From NCBI RefSeq assembly GCF_009914755.1, contig NC_060932.1: a stretch of 64,000 bases of DNA. One strand, given 5' to 3'. The notes under the pieces were generated by a model that ran no database searches, had not been told where the DNA came from, and saw nothing but the letters and a program-made list of their open reading frames with translations. Shown piece after piece: positions 1 through 14,240 of the stretch; position 1 is the stretch's first letter; every line of letters begins with the position of its first letter. This stretch comes from the human T2T-CHM13v2.0 reference genome, Homo sapiens. A program made the translations under genes and the position numbers.

Positions 1-3000
1 CCTCTATCCTGAAGATGATGGCAAGGGACTACAGGGTGAAAACAGGAAAGAAACAAAAAGGATCAAACATGAGGAACACCAAAGTGTGAAGGGCAGACAG
101 AGGTAGAAGACCCCGGAAGAGTCAGAAAAATATCACTCCACTCATTTCACAGCAGGCTCAGGTGGCAAATTGTCAGCAGGAATGGCCACTCCATGCTACA
201 GATGGAGAAACTAAGACAGAGAACAGCTCAATGCTTGACCAGGCCGCACTGTGAGTGGCTGAGCCAGAACCTGAACGCAGCACTCTAACTCCTACTCACA
301 CTTACCTGCTCTGCCTCTAATTTCCTTCCTTTTTGTCAAACTACTGGACCCCTAGGTATAGGGAGATTTCTTCCAGTACTCCCTTTTCCTCCTCGTTTAA
401 GCCTAAAATCATCAAGGTGTATGGTTCAACAGGAGGCTACAATTCCTGGAGCCAGCTTAGATTGAGGTCACTATTCTTAATTCTACTTAATCCTCTCTCC
501 ATACCATAATAAAGCCACCTGAGTATACACTGGAAGATGGGGAAGAGAGACAGGAAGGGGAAAAGGGAGACAAGAGGGAGACAGAAATAGGGAGGGAGGG
601 GGTGAGTGGGGAGGAGAGGAGAGAAAGTTGGGAGGGGGGCAAATGGCGGGGGGAGGTGGGGTGGACAATGGGAGAGAAAAAGAGAGCGAGAGAGAGAGAA
701 GCATTTGGCTTGAGGCCAAGAAGTGAATCTGTGATCTGAGATGTGAATATCAAATGCCTTCTTCCTAGTAGGACAGACCACCGGGTCACTTTTCTGAAAG
801 GCAGATGGGTGTATGGGGAGTGGATGGGTAGATGGTGCAGGAAGGCAGCAGGTACCCACTAAACAAACAGGGGGTGGGCGGGTTGCCTGCACAGAGGAAG
901 CAGAGAACAAAGGCCTCTCACTCTTCATGCAAAGTCCACAGTGTGCAAAGGGCATCAATATTGGACATTTCTCACTGTGACATTTTGAAAGCTCAGCCTA
1001 GCCCAGAACAATGGTTACCCTCTGGGGACCATGGGCCATGTGCCTTATTTAATGATGGCTTGGCACAGCCCATGTACTTGGTGAACTTGACCTTGGGCAT
1101 CAGCCTCCCATGATGGCTCTACGTCACTCTGGTCTCTTCCCCTAATGAGAATTCCAGTCTCACATGAATGGATGGATTCATTCTGGGGGCAGGAAAACCA
1201 CTCAGGGAGTGAATCAGAAGGACCCAGCCCCGGTCTCCTTGCCAGCCATTGAGCTAGGAACTGAGTGTGATTGTGTGCCCAGGCGCCGGTGCTGTTCCCG
1301 TCTTTGAGAGACAGGGTCAGGGTCCACGCAAGAGATGACGTAGAAGCCCTTTAAGGGGGAAGAGAAAGGAATCTCAGCTTTGAGGGACAAAGCCACCCTT
1401 CTGGCTGTGACTCTCAGTCCAAGGAGATACCAAGATGTGCATGTACTGGTAAATTAAAGCTACTAGATGAAAATCTCAGCTCTTGTTAGACAGTTGTCAA
1501 TCTCAATTCTCTCCAACCTGACAGGATAACCTTTAAGGAATGGGCTACTATTTTTTCAGAAGGGAAACTTTCTGTGAGACAGGTGGAAACAACCTGCTTC
1601 GGATCACCCAGAGAATCATTTACCTTTATTAGTTTCTGCTGTGCTCTTCTCCCAACTTGTGAAGGAAAGATTGGTTCAGTAAAGGCCAATCTAGGCAATA
1701 TAAAGCATCTGTACTGCCTCATTTTCACTTTGAAAAATTAGGTAAGAACACTCCAAAGATTCAAGACGCAGCAGCCAAAAGGATATCTATATTGCAAGAC
1801 TGGGGGGCCCAGAATGACACTGAAAGGACGTAATTCCTCTGGGAAAGGGAACTGAAGAATTGCCGCTTTGCCCACCACTAACTAGGTTATAACAAGACAG
1901 GGAAGGTAGCTTTTTAAGGCTCCAGCCCCTTATTGGCCTCCTGGAGCAAATGGTGGAGGGAAAAGCAGAAGCTCCTGCCGGGGCTTATTAGGACATTGCT
2001 TCAGGCTTTCCTCCCGTGCTTGCGGTGATTGTCTGACATTTGTCCATCAATCTTGGTCTAAGAAACAGGTGGGGGAGGGGACAGATGGTTCGCATTTTAC
2101 TTTAGAGAAGTATCCCTGACACTGACTGATATCAGCTGCTTGCGTTCTCCACTGATGGCCAAAATTAAGCTTCAAAAGCCTTCCTGAAGGACATTCTGTT
2201 ATCTTAATTCATTCATAACTGGTTATCATGCGCTTTGCATAAACAAACACACTAGCCTCTGAGGACAGAGTGGCAAATATGTTCCCTATGTCCATGGGCT
2301 GATTAATCTTGTACATCTCTGGGGCTCAATTTATTCACACACTATAGTTGAATCCCCTGAGGTCCAGGGTTGTGGCTATATAGGTCCTTGGGCCTGACGG
2401 TAAGGTAAGGTGCTGCATATGAGTATTCTCTAACCTCTAAGAAAGCCCCAGGAAGGCAGGCAAGTCACAATTCTCTCCTGTGAACATAAATAATCGAGAG
2501 CAACAAATGGGGATTGCCTTTTGGGCAAACTGAGTCTTACAAAATAAATACACCATTATGAAGTGTCTACTATGACCCAAGTATCACATCATACTGCAGC
2601 AACTGGAATTGTGACTCTATTACTCTAAGACTCCCTGGCTTCTTTTCTCATGGCATGATAGTTCCCATAAGTTTAAACTTAACCATGCCTATTTAGAGGG
2701 CAGGCAGTGAGTAATAGCTCTGGAATGATTAAAACCAGTCCAATCCCACAGTGGAAGGGTGTGTGCGGAGTGTAATTCTGGCCCCTTTAAAAAGAGAAGC
2801 AAGTTTTCCTTGTCTTTTGAAGCCTGCTAAGTCGTGCAAAGAGGATAGTTACCCAGAAGGGAGTGGGTTTTGATTAGTGAACTGGGTCCAGGCTGCCACA
2901 GCGAGGGCCACAGCTCTGGAGGGACTGGCGCGGGGCAGAGATGCCCACAGGAGAGAAAGACGACACTGACTCCACCTCAATGGGTGTTTAAAAAAGGAGG

Positions 3001-3019
3001 GAACAAGGAAGTCCCTCAC

Positions 3020-3520
3020 TTCAAGGAGCTAGGAGGACGCGAGTCCGGCAAAACGGGTCAGACGCGGAGTCCCAGGCTAAGAGGATCATCCGCCACTCTC
3101 CCCGGGAGTCCTGCTGAGAGACTGCGACTCCGGAAAGCACCGAGGGAACGACCCTAGGGCAGGGGCTGTCGGGCCTTGCTCTGGGGCGGAGGGGTCGCGC
3201 GGGACCGGAGGGAGCCGGGACGCGGCACTGACACAGGGCCAGGGGCCTCGCGGGTCCGCGGGTCCAGCAGCTCCCGCCGCCTGGGCCTCACTCACCAGCT
3301 CATGGTCCCGAACCTGCGTCTGCCGCCGGGGTCCTCAGCCACAACTCGTTTCTCTAGGGTCACTTCCGGATTCAACCAGTCTCCAGGAAGTGACGTAAGC
3401 CCGCCTCTCTGCCCGGAAGAGGCGGTTGGGAGGCGGAGCCCGGCGCGTTAACCCTTCTGCTGCTGCGTGCTCGCCGCGGAGTTTCCCTTGCCGGCGACTC
3501 TCTGGCTCTGGCCAAGCGCT
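3020..3520 (-). promoter_or_regulatory. BIN3: BIN3 CpG-island promoter with ETS and ETS-CRE motifs
   Basis: CpG-dense; CACTTCCGG at 3361-3369, CAGGAAGTGACGT at 3384-3396, further CCGGAAG near 3413; no obvious TATA box. Confidence 0.8.
3296..3303 (-). CDS. BIN3: BIN3 (bridging integrator 3) first coding exon: ATG AGC TG (Met-Ser-Trp split); rest of gene lies left of the window
   Basis: Minus strand GGGACC-ATGAGCTG|GTGAGT: good Kozak, canonical donor at 3295, inside a CpG island. Matches the recalled BIN3 N-terminus MSWIPF and the gene order next to EGR3. Only 8 coding nt, so identity leans on synteny. Confidence 0.85.
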
Positions 3521-6500
3521 TAGACACACAGGCTGCAACGGGGGATGAGGGGAACCTCTGGGGGCGTTTTCTGCCTTCAACACTGACTCCTAAAGATCTC
3601 TTCACCTGACCATGCAGGGCCCTTAGCCGGGCTGTCCCCTCTGTCAAGTGGTTTCTAATCCAGAGACAGTGGCAGCAATTGTCTGTGGGAGAAGAAGCCA
3701 TTTGGGATGGAGAAAGTGGAAAACTTACATTCTCTGAATGCTCTTTCCTATCTTTTACAGTTTGTACACCACACATGCATTACCTGTTACAAACAAACGG
3801 ACGTTTCCCTTCCAAGATGGCACAGGGCTCTGAATATCAATAGATAGGTGCTTTTCAGGTTGGAATGTTTCCTAGAGTTATTCAACACAATAAGACGCAG
3901 AGTATGAGTTGTTCCCTGCCTTTCAGCCCTTCCCTTTGGTCTCCTCTACAGGACTCAAATGATGTAAATTGCCCCATTCGTTCTATTCCTTCATTTAACT
4001 AATACTAGTTGCACTAATATTAGTGTCAGGTACCGAGCCAACCTTAGGATACAGCTATCTCAGAGAAGTATCTGCCCTGCTCTTGTTCCTTCCCAGAGCT
4101 ACTTTCCTGGAGGGAGAGACAAGCAGGCAATTATAATCATGCTATAGGATAGGATAGAATGAGGTGTGGTGGCAGCCTAGAAGGGGACCCTGAAGTAGCA
4201 CATGGGGTTTTGGGGAAGGCTTCCAGGAGGAGCCAGTGTGTAAGCCAAGCCCTGAAGGCAGAATCGGGGCTAGCCAGGTGAATCTGAGATGAGGGGTGAC
4301 GAGGCTCCAGGCAGAGGGAACTTACCATGGCTAAGACACAGACAGGACCAAGCAAGCAGCTGACTTGCCTCGGGTCTCCCAAAGTCAGAATTCAGGGCCT
4401 TAGTGGCTCACAAGTTGCCTGGGATTCTGGGCCGACTTGGTTTCCTCACCGCTAAGTACCTCCCTGCCTTGGAAGAGAGACAAGAAGGCAGTGAGGCCCG
4501 TGCAGGTGCTGCTGGGCCCCCAGTGACCTTCTCTCTAGGAATTCTCCTTCCTCAGATGGACCGGGATTGTTTCAGGGACTGCTTAGGGGGTTGCTAATCA
4601 ATGACCTAGCGGGAAAAATATGACCAATGACCTAGAGCAGAAGTAGTGTATGATTTGTTTTGACCTCCTAGGGTGGAGTAGAGGGCTTGAGCAGGAGAGG
4701 TAGGAGGGTGGGCCACAGGATGCAGTCTCTCATTTGTGTTTTCTGTTTCCATTCTTGAGAGTCCATAGTTTGACTCAATTGACGTTTCCAATGGAGGTTG
4801 GATCCCCAAGCACATCATGCAGATCAGCTTCATTACCATGTTGTTCCTCAGGAAACAGGCCAAAATGAGCACAAGAGCAGCCTTGAAGAGTAAAGAGGAA
4901 GAGCAGAAGTCACCAAAGGGTAGCCTGGGCAGAGAGTGTGGGTAAAGGGAAAGAGAGAGTCCTTGCTGCTTTGCAGAGAGTGTGACGGATGGAAGGGCTG
5001 TTGTGGGTTTAGGAGCCTCCTGGCAGTTAGCACCTGTGAATAGTTTTCCCACCTGCTTCCTCCCTTCCCCATGTTCTGCCTCCCTCAGTTATGCCCCACA
5101 GGGATAAATATTTCCAAACGTTTTAGCCTAGGTAACTGCTATATCCTAGTAGAAGTCTGTTTCAGGGCTGGAGGGCAGCAGACACATCCTAGAGGACTAG
5201 AATGGATAAGTTCTGGACTACAAGTCTGGAGGAGTCTGCGGCTCTATTTCCAGTTCAACCTTTGACACTATAACTGACCTCAGATAAGTCACATCCCCTT
5301 TGTGGCCTTAGTCCCCTCATCTATAAGATGGAGTGGGTAGATCACATCCCAAAGTATCCAACATTGCAAGGTTCCAAGTCAGCTGTCTTGTTGACTCTAG
5401 AGGCCCTAGGGAAATAGGAGAATGGGAAAGGCAGGTGAACAGAGGGGCAAGCCCAGAGAAGTGGGCAGGTCTGAGGAACTGGTGATATCTTGGATAAAGC
5501 TAAATATGAATTTTTCTGGGGCTGTGCTGTTGACAGGTCACCTCGAAATCTTTAATGCAGCCAGCAGGATCTTTGAGGTTACTAAAAAGAATGGTGTCCT
5601 CCCAGGAGTCTGTCTGGAATGTGCCTGCTTGGTCTCCTTACCTGTGGCTCATTCGCTCAGCTAGAGGGGCACTGGGCTGAGGAGGGACAGTCAGGCATCC
5701 TGCTATCCTGTGTTCCTCCATGAGCCTGCTGTGCCATGAGGCATTGATCCCTGGGGAGCTGAACATGGAGACACACAAACACTTCCCACTGTTGTGAAAA
5801 ACTCAGCCTGCAGGGTCGGGAGCTATGTCTTTCTTATTTATAACCAAAGGGACAGCATGATACAGATTGATCCTGCCCCTGCAGGGAAGGAATGGAAAAG
5901 AGAAAATTGGGTTTCTAAGTAGAAGCTGAGAGTGGAGGCGCTTTGGGTAGAGGTGGATACTCCTGGTTTCAAGCCTTGTAAATACTGATTCTTCCCCAGA
6001 AGTCTGAGCCTGAAGGTAAAAGACTGTTCAGGTGGCAGAGGTCTACTTCTGGGACAAAGCTGTTTACGAGGGGAAAAGCAGCAGCAGAACCTGCTCCACC
6101 ATCAGCCCCCAACTTTTCCTTGGAGGTTTTTGCTCAGAAGTTGGTAAGCAGGTGCTTCCCACTGACTCTCATCTCTGGGATTGTCATGTCCTGTCTCTCC
6201 CAGCCTTTCCCACACAGAAGTCTAGGGCTGGCCCCCGAGTCTTTCACCATGCCAACCTCTTATTAGTGAAGAGTGAGCATTCCCAGAACCTGGACCTGGG
6301 CTGTCAGGGACTTCATTATAGCACTGGGCTAAGGCTGAAAAACTGAATGTGATAGGGCCAAATTGGTGGGCTCAGCTCTCTTGGAGCCCTAAAGGTCTTG
6401 ATTCCTCAGGGAGGCTCCTGCAGATATTCAGACACAGGCCTCAGGTTTCTCTGTGGCCTCACTGCCCCACTTCTCCCTACTCTGTACCTGCTCAGTAGGA

Positions 6501-6989
6501 CGTCTCAGAAAAATAGCTTTCCCAGGGCCTTTGGGGGGCAAGGACATAGGAGGAGGAGCAAGGGTGGGAGAAGAAGGAGGAAATCAGGGTGAGATTTCCA
6601 GTGGTGGGAGGCCCACACGGACTGCTCAAAGGTCAGGGTGAAGTGACACATCAGAAGCCAGGACAGCAAGAAGCGAGCAGAACCAGGAACGCCTGTCTGA
6701 CCCGTGGCTCTGCCTCCAAGTGGCTTGAGGGAGTCTTGTCCCTCCTCTGGGCCTCATTTTCCTTGACTGCAATGGGAAAGGTCCAGGTTAGATCTGGGAG
6801 GGCGAATGGATATCATCCCATGTGCCAACTCTGATTGTCTGCTTGGAATGCAGTGTTGAGGATTCTGGGGAATCTGCCATCAGTGGGGAAGTTCTATGAT
6901 TGATTAGTCATGTCTGCCTTGGACAAGAAAGAGCGATGAGATGGTTTATATTCCACTTTATTGTTATTATTTTTATTATAAGTTAACAA

Positions 6990-7200
6990 TAATTGAGCAC
7001 TCATGACATGACAGGCACTATTCTCTGCAGTTCACATTTAATCCTTGCCTCAACCCTGTGAGGTGGATACTACCATTATTATCATTTCACAGATGATGGC
7101 GCTGAAGTATAGCCATGAAGCAATAGTATAGCTTCATGAAGCAGTGAAGTGGGGTTTCTGACCTGAGCACCCTGGCTTTGATCCTTATGCTTTTGCCACT
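6990..7200. mobile_element. MIR-like SINE fragment
   Basis: 'tttaatccttgcctcaaccctgtgaggtggatactaccattattatcatttcacagatga' resembles the MIR core; boundaries approximate. Confidence 0.55.
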
Positions 7201-7406
7201 ACAGTTTGCCATTTGACCTCCAACAACCTTTGGTTCTGTCAAGGCACAGTGAGGTCAGAAGCCAGCAGACAGATGGAACCAGGAGAAGCACCGCTACTAA
7301 ATGGCCAGGTTGTGGGTGGAGGGAGGGCCACCCTATGACCAGGGTGCCAAGCTCAGCCTCATCCTGGGAGCTTTTATATGCTTCCTCCAGTACGGAGAGT
7401 GCCAGG

Positions 7407-7420
7407 CCAGCAGGTGGCAG
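7407..7420 (+). promoter_or_regulatory. Candidate CTCF site
   Basis: CCAGCAGGTGGCAG matches the core CCASYAGRKGGCRS. Confidence 0.55.
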
Positions 7421-9129
7421 CACCGGGCAGGGTGACAGGAAAGGGCAGCTCCTCACATGGCATGGACGTCCTTCAGGGATCAGAAGGCCCAGATGCTGGG
7501 GAAAGCAAGAACAAATGCGGGTGTGGAGGAAGGATAGCCAAGGACCCAGAGGAGGAGGAGTCCTGGCCTCTGACCTGCAGGAGCTGCCACAGCCAATGCT
7601 TTGGTTCCACCCAGCAGTGCAGGCCTCTCAGCTTGCATCTCGTGGTGCCTGCTGTGGGCTTTTTTTTTTTTTTCCTCCACTCTGGGAGAATGACTAACTT
7701 TAAGGACTAAAAAAAAAGTGTTTTGATTACACTGCCTTTTTACCAACTGGGAGCATTAGTCACCGTGGATTGCTGCAGATAACGGGGAAGGCAAGCAGCA
7801 CCCCCTCCTCCCCCTCCTTCTCTCTGATTAGCTCACAGAAACCAGGAGGAGACATGAGTGAGGGAGAGTGCACCAGTAGGGAAAACAATCCCCCCGGGTT
7901 GATATGTTCCCTGGGCATCAGGCCAAGGGCTGTCCAGGCTGGGCTGCCCCCTGACAGGTAGGCTCTAAGATGGCCCCAGACCCACAATAGGAGGTACCCA
8001 CTGGAGAGAACTGGCAGTAGGACCACTGAGTCCAAGGCTCCTGAGATTCTGAGTTGGGTCTGGATGGTCTGTTCCTCCAGGTAGCTCCAGGGCACACCCA
8101 GAAGGGGAAGTCAGAGGAAGTCACTGAAGACACAGCTCCTGAGCTGGGGCTCAGGATGTCTGTGATGTGGAGCTCATGCCAGGCTGTGGTATGGCTAAGG
8201 CCGCTGCCTTGAGCTGGGGCCCTCATGGCTCTACCTGGGGTTGAGACATTCCTGGCAGGTGAGGTTGGTGCTCATGCCCCACTCCCCACCCTTTGGCCTT
8301 CTCCCTTCTTCTCCATCTCCATGGGGCAGTATCTAGTACTTTTGGCTGATGTTCCTACCCAGTGCGGCCCTCTTTGCTCCCACCTTGGTGCTGGTGGGGC
8401 TGGAGAGCTGAGGTTCCAGTCTAGCCTGTTGGTGCAAGGTGTCAGAAGTGGGAGCTCTGGGCCCTGCTGGGGAAGGCACTGAAGCAGGGAGAAAATGGTG
8501 CTGGGTTGCCTGGTTGCTTTGGGGGCAGGCTGACCTTGTCAGTCCTGGTCTTTTGGCCCACCCCTTCATCCCATTCACCACCCACCCCCAAATGCTTCAC
8601 TCTGGAAAGCAGACATTTATTTATCTGAATGGCCTTTCAAGTGACAGGGCCATGAATATTTGTGTAAAGAACTTCAAGCATTAGGACAAATAACCTTTTT
8701 ACTGTAACAGGAAAGGAAGAGACAGAAACATAATTCGATTTCTGCATCTCTCAAGATCAGAGTATTTCATCTGGATGTTGCTGCTGCTGACTTTCTCTTT
8801 GGAAAATAAAGTAGTCACAGGTATTTGGTGTGCTCTGGCCTCAAAAAGCTTTTATGGTACCACCTTACAGGAAATGAGGTCAAAAGAGTGGGAGTGGGTG
8901 CTCCTAGATGGAGAAGGTCTGTGAGATGCCCCACTCCCAGCCTCCAGAATCTTAGCTGCCATAGAGAGTGTCCAGTCCTGGGGTTGCCTCTGGTTTGTCC
9001 GCTCAGCCCCGCTTTGCGTTCCTGGGCAACCTAGAGCTGGCGTATGGATGCTCCCAACCCCCGTTCTCTGCCCTTTGCAGTTCCCGATAATAATACCCAC
9101 CATTGTAGAGTCTCATTGGCACTGGGTGA

Positions 9130-9295
9130 AGCATTTTACATGTATTAGATCGTGTATTCTGCAGTAACTTGGTGAGGCAGCTCCTCTGATCATCTCCTTT
9201 TTACAGATGAGGAAACCGAGGCTGAACTAATTGCCCAAGTTCACAGAATTGGCTAAGTGAGAAGGACAGGCATTTAAACCCAGGCTGTCTAAACC
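9130..9295. mobile_element. MIR SINE fragment
   Basis: MIR core 'ttttacagatgaggaaaccgaggct...ttgcccaagttcacag'. Confidence 0.65.
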
Positions 9296-10491
9296 CAGGC
9301 TGCCTTGGAGCAGAAAATAATGTAGCAAAAAGGGAGGAAGCTAGCGTTTATAGTAGACTCACTTTCACAGTCATTAGCCCTTGCTGCCTCCTTGAAGGAG
9401 GAGGATGAGGCCTGGTGGACTGAAGGTCAAATCCAAGTCCCTCTTGATTTGGTTGTTGCTCTGTCCAGAGGTCAGCAGCCAGGGGGTATCCCCTGACCTC
9501 GGAAGGTAGTATGGAAGAACAGGGTTTGGGCTGTGTGTGGGTGCATAGAATAGCCTCAGGACTTTTGTCCCCTGGCTGGGATAGCCATCCACCCCCATCT
9601 GAAGCCACAGAGTGTCCCAGGTGAGCATAGCTTCTAGGAACGCATGGCTTTCCTAGGGAATCCTTGCAAGTCCCACGCGTGAGCAGCAGGCCTGGGGAGA
9701 GGGCAGGACTGCCCCAGCCTGACCTTGCTGCAGGCCTGGCTGCCCAGCGTCCACCCCCTGCTGCTGTGGTGGAGACAGCCCCCAGACACCGGCAGGGCAG
9801 GTGGCAATTATCCCCGGGCACTGATTACACCACAAGGCCGGCAGTGCCCTAAATAGCCCAGGAGCTCAGCCTGGGGGAGGAGAAGGGTCCCGCTGGGAAG
9901 GAAGAGGCAGAACCAAGGGATGCATAGTGTGGATGTGTCAGGAAGGACAACGGGGGGCTGGGGGAGGATTTCATGCCAAGGCCAGCACCTTTGGGGCAAG
10001 CCAGGACCCTCAAAGAAAGGGATGAGGTTCCGCTGCAGCAGGCTGGCCTAGAGAAATTAGATGGGGCACATGCCAAATCTGGTCACAGTGAAAAGGTGGT
10101 AACCAGCATGAGGGGCATGTGGAGAAGGCCTCACTGATGGATAGGAGGAGACAGTGGTGCCACTGAGGCCAGGCCGGCTGCAACCCTCCAGCCCTGGCCT
10201 GCTGTACCTCTGGACTGATCAGGAAGGAATCCCCAAAGAAGGCACACAGCAGGACGGAAGAGAGGCCAAACAAGGGCAGGAAGGCTCCCGGGGGCACCAA
10301 TTCCCTCTGCCAGGAAGGTCAGACCAAGCAACTTTGGTCCGTGGTCCCCTTTTCCAGCCTCAGCCATCCTTTGCTTTTCATGGAACTGCAACTGGCCAGG
10401 CCCCAGGGATGGCAGCACCAGCAGAGGGGCCCTCCCCTGGGGTCTTCTTCAACCAGAAACAAGTCAGGCAGCGGTGGGCTTCAGAGGTTGA

Positions 10492-10842
<351 letters not shown>

Positions 10843-13800
10843 TGACTGCCCCCAACCCTGAAGCTGGATCCTTTTGAGGTTGCTTCTCAGCGAGCAGCAT
10901 GAAGGCCCGGAACAGCCGCGTGGGAGGAGGCATTGGATACAAACAAGGGAGAAGAGAGGCACCCCCTCTCACCATGCACCCCATTTTTCTTCTTGTATAA
11001 GCACCAGTTCTTCTGTATTGGCCCCCTTCCCACGTGGAGAGCCTATATCTATTGCATCTTCCCCACCTGTCAGCCAAGGGAGGGGGCTGAGCTGCTGCCC
11101 CCCCATTCCAGAAAAGCTACAGAAAGAAAGCCAGGCCTGAGGTTGTTCCCGATATTTACCAATGTGGGCACAAGGCAGGCTCAAACCTGGTTTCCCAGGG
11201 GTCTCTAATTGAAGAGGTCATGGTGACCCCATGGTGCCCAGTGCCTGCACTCCTTCTTGCCATCCCAGAGGACCCAGCGCCCATCTGGCAGCGCCCGCTC
11301 CAAAGCCACCTATGAGTTCCCTGGACCCAGGTCAGGAAAGGAGGCTGTCAGTGGCTCCAAACCACCTCTTGCAGCAACTCTGCTAATCCAAATAAGATAG
11401 GGAAAAGGCAGTGGGAGGAAATGATAGTTTCATGGTTATTTTCAGAAAGGAAACAAAAAAAAAAATGCAAACAGGAGCACACCCTGCATTTTGGTACAAA
11501 ATCTAGGAGTCTCAAGGAAAAGAACCCACAGTTCTTCCTTCTTCTTGTCCTCTCACCAGATGCTGGGGAGGGGCTGCCCGGGCTGTGGGGGCCTTGGGCT
11601 GCTTTTGCCTGTAGGGAAAGGGAGATGAGGGGCTGCAGGAAGCCAGCAAAGACTCTTCCTGCAAAGGCAGGCCTGGAGAAGCTGAGACATCTTAGTCTTG
11701 TGGGCAGACAGGGCCCACCCTTTGCGGGTGGAGGAGTTGGAGAGATGGAGTGGAGGGAGCAAGTGGGGAACTGGGAGATTCTTGAGCTGATGCTTGTAAA
11801 GCGCAGTGGCATGTGTAGGATTGGTGGGCTGGGAGGGTGTGTTCTGGGAGCACAGCTCAGAGAGAGAAATAGAGAAGGGGGAGGGAGAGCAAGAGAGCGT
11901 GTGCTCGTGGGAGAATTGAGTAGGGCTGCTGCCTGCATGTGTGTGCAGGGCGTGCACAAAGATGGGAGCCGCAGAGCCCGGGCTGTACACAAAGGATCGT
12001 CCAGGGCCCTGCCAGCTCCAGAATGTTGTGCGAACCAAGGACAGAGCCTGGCTTCTTGTCCCCAGAGGGAATCTGGACCTTGCTGTCTAACCTCTGGGTT
12101 TCCCTGGACAGTGTGGGGTGCAGCAGGGAAGGAAGCGGTGGCCTGAACTTCTGGGGGCTTTGTCTGCAGTTCCTGTTTGGTGGCTGTCACAGTTGCCAAG
12201 ACCCCAAGGGTGGGAGGATGTGGATGGGAGAGAGGTAGGAGCCAAGGACAGAGCCGGTGGCACAGAGACTAGAAATCTTAAGTGCCTGCAGATGAGGTGT
12301 TCTAAGAGTAAGGGAGAGAGAGGGAGCTGACATGAACAACCTAGGGGAGCTGGAGGAGGACCATGGGATAGTAGCAGCTCCATGTCCTCCCCTAGGGCGG
12401 GAGAGGTATCATTATCCCCCATTTCGCAGATGTGTCATCTGAGGGCCAGAGAGCTTCATTGCTGTGTCCAAGTTTCCATGACTGGTCACAGAAGGAGCTG
12501 GTGTGGGGAGATGGACAGTGAGCAAACTCAGGTGGGTGATTGGGTGGTCTAGTTGGTGACAAGGGTGTTCCGGGAAAGACAAAGTTAGGCTCAATACCAG
12601 GAAAATCCTGGTCCCAGGAGGCTGCCTCCATGGAAGGGTTGGAGGCTTCCCTCCCAGCCTGCCAAACCAGCCCAATTCCTGAGACCTGGGAGGGTTGGGA
12701 GGAGATGGAGGTAATGACTCAACTCATCCAACACAGGCTTGACCTAGGGGAGGTTGGGTAACCCAGCAGACGCTCCAGTGGGGTGAGGATTGGAATAAAT
12801 GGGTGATGCTGGAGATAAGGGCGAAAGGGTGTGCTGGAAGGGAGGGGCTGCTGGTTCCGGGCAGAGTTTGGGAGGAGGATGGGGTGGGGCACACTTGGGC
12901 TTTGTGGATGAAAAGAGGGATGAGCTTCTAGGAGCACTGGGTCCTTTCCTGAGATGATGGAGGGACCTGTGGTGGTGATCTGGGAGGAAAACCCAGCAGG
13001 TAGGGCAGTGGTTCAGATGGTAGATTTAAGGCTGAAATCCCAAAACGGGGGACTCCCAGCAGTAGGAATTCTCAGGAGGGCCCCAAAGACAGAGATTCTG
13101 AGCCTTCTGGGGCCCCTGCTGCTCCCTCACTAGGGCAGGAGCTACATTCAGGAGCCTGCCACCCCCCAGGGCTTTCCAGTCCATGGAGAAGAAGTGATCC
13201 GAGTACCGCAAACCACTGCGAAGCATTTCTGGCATTGGGTTGAATGGGACCCCAAACCAGAGGATTGGATTGTATATCAGTTTCTATATATTTTTCAGGC
13301 AAATATGGGAGAAAATGGGTTTAAAAACACAATCCGAGATGCAAATGCAGTCACAGAACATGCCCCATTGGCTCAGGCCAGAAGAAACTGGAGTCAGGAA
13401 AAGAGGCCGGCAGACTCAGAGTCCCAGGAAGCCAATGGCGCCTTGGAGGCTCTTGGGAGGATGGAGCGAGAGAGCTGGTGCTTTGAGGCAACGGGAAGCA
13501 GGATCTTTGCATTTGAGTCTCATGCCAGCATTGCTGAGCCCTGGCTCAGTCCCCAGCTGTGAGATGGGGGTGGGTCTTGCACAGAGTGACAGTCTTGGGA
13601 CTTCTGCACTTTAGGGCTGAAGATATCGTATGGATTCTCTAGTGGGACCACTTGATTTTCTAACAGGGACTTCAAGACCCAGAGAAGGGCTGTGACTTTG
13701 CAGATGTTATAGAGCTTTGTCCTCATGTTAAAGCCAGGACTAGAAGCCAGGTCTCCTGACTCCTGATGCAGTGCAGTACAGAGGGTGTACATCTGTTCAA

Positions 13801-14109
13801 TGATCTACATCCTCATTGGATGGAGATTTCCATGTCTTAAGACCCAGAAAATGCAGTTTCTAACAGTGAAGCTGGGATTATTCCTGAGCTTGTCACCTCG
13901 GAGCCATCTGAATCCTGTGTGATCTTCTCACCTGATCTAATAAGAATAGTGACTGAGTTCAGACCGGGCTTCCAGCTCCACCTAGAAACGTCTCCCCATA
14001 ATATATTCACCTGTCGAAGGAGAAGAGTATCGCCCACCTCCTCCTCCAACAGTCTTCTTTTGGCTTTTTGGAAAGGACAGCTCTTTTTCATAATTTACAT
14101 TCGAGTGGA

Positions 14110-14240
14110 TCCTCTCAACAACTCTGTGGAGAAGGGTATTATCCCCACTGTACAGATGGGAAAATAGAGGCTCAGCCAAGTTAAGAAATTCACTTAGGGT
14201 CTAATGCACAGGGAGAGGCAGTGCTGGAACTGGAGCCACA
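14110..14240. mobile_element. MIR fragment
   Basis: 'tattatccccactgtacagatgggaaaatagaggctcag' MIR core. Confidence 0.55.

Noticed and set aside
4012-4025. 14-bp palindrome CACTAATATTAGTG
   Set aside because: A few palindromes of this length are expected by chance in 64 kb, and there is no supporting context.
6030-6760. Possible ancient LTR fragments
   Set aside because: Only a vague resemblance; the family cannot be assigned without a Dfam search.
11348-12199. 283-aa minus and 241-aa plus ORFs
   Set aside because: Low-complexity purine/pyrimidine-skewed sequence with no recognisable domain; overlapping opposite-strand chance ORFs.
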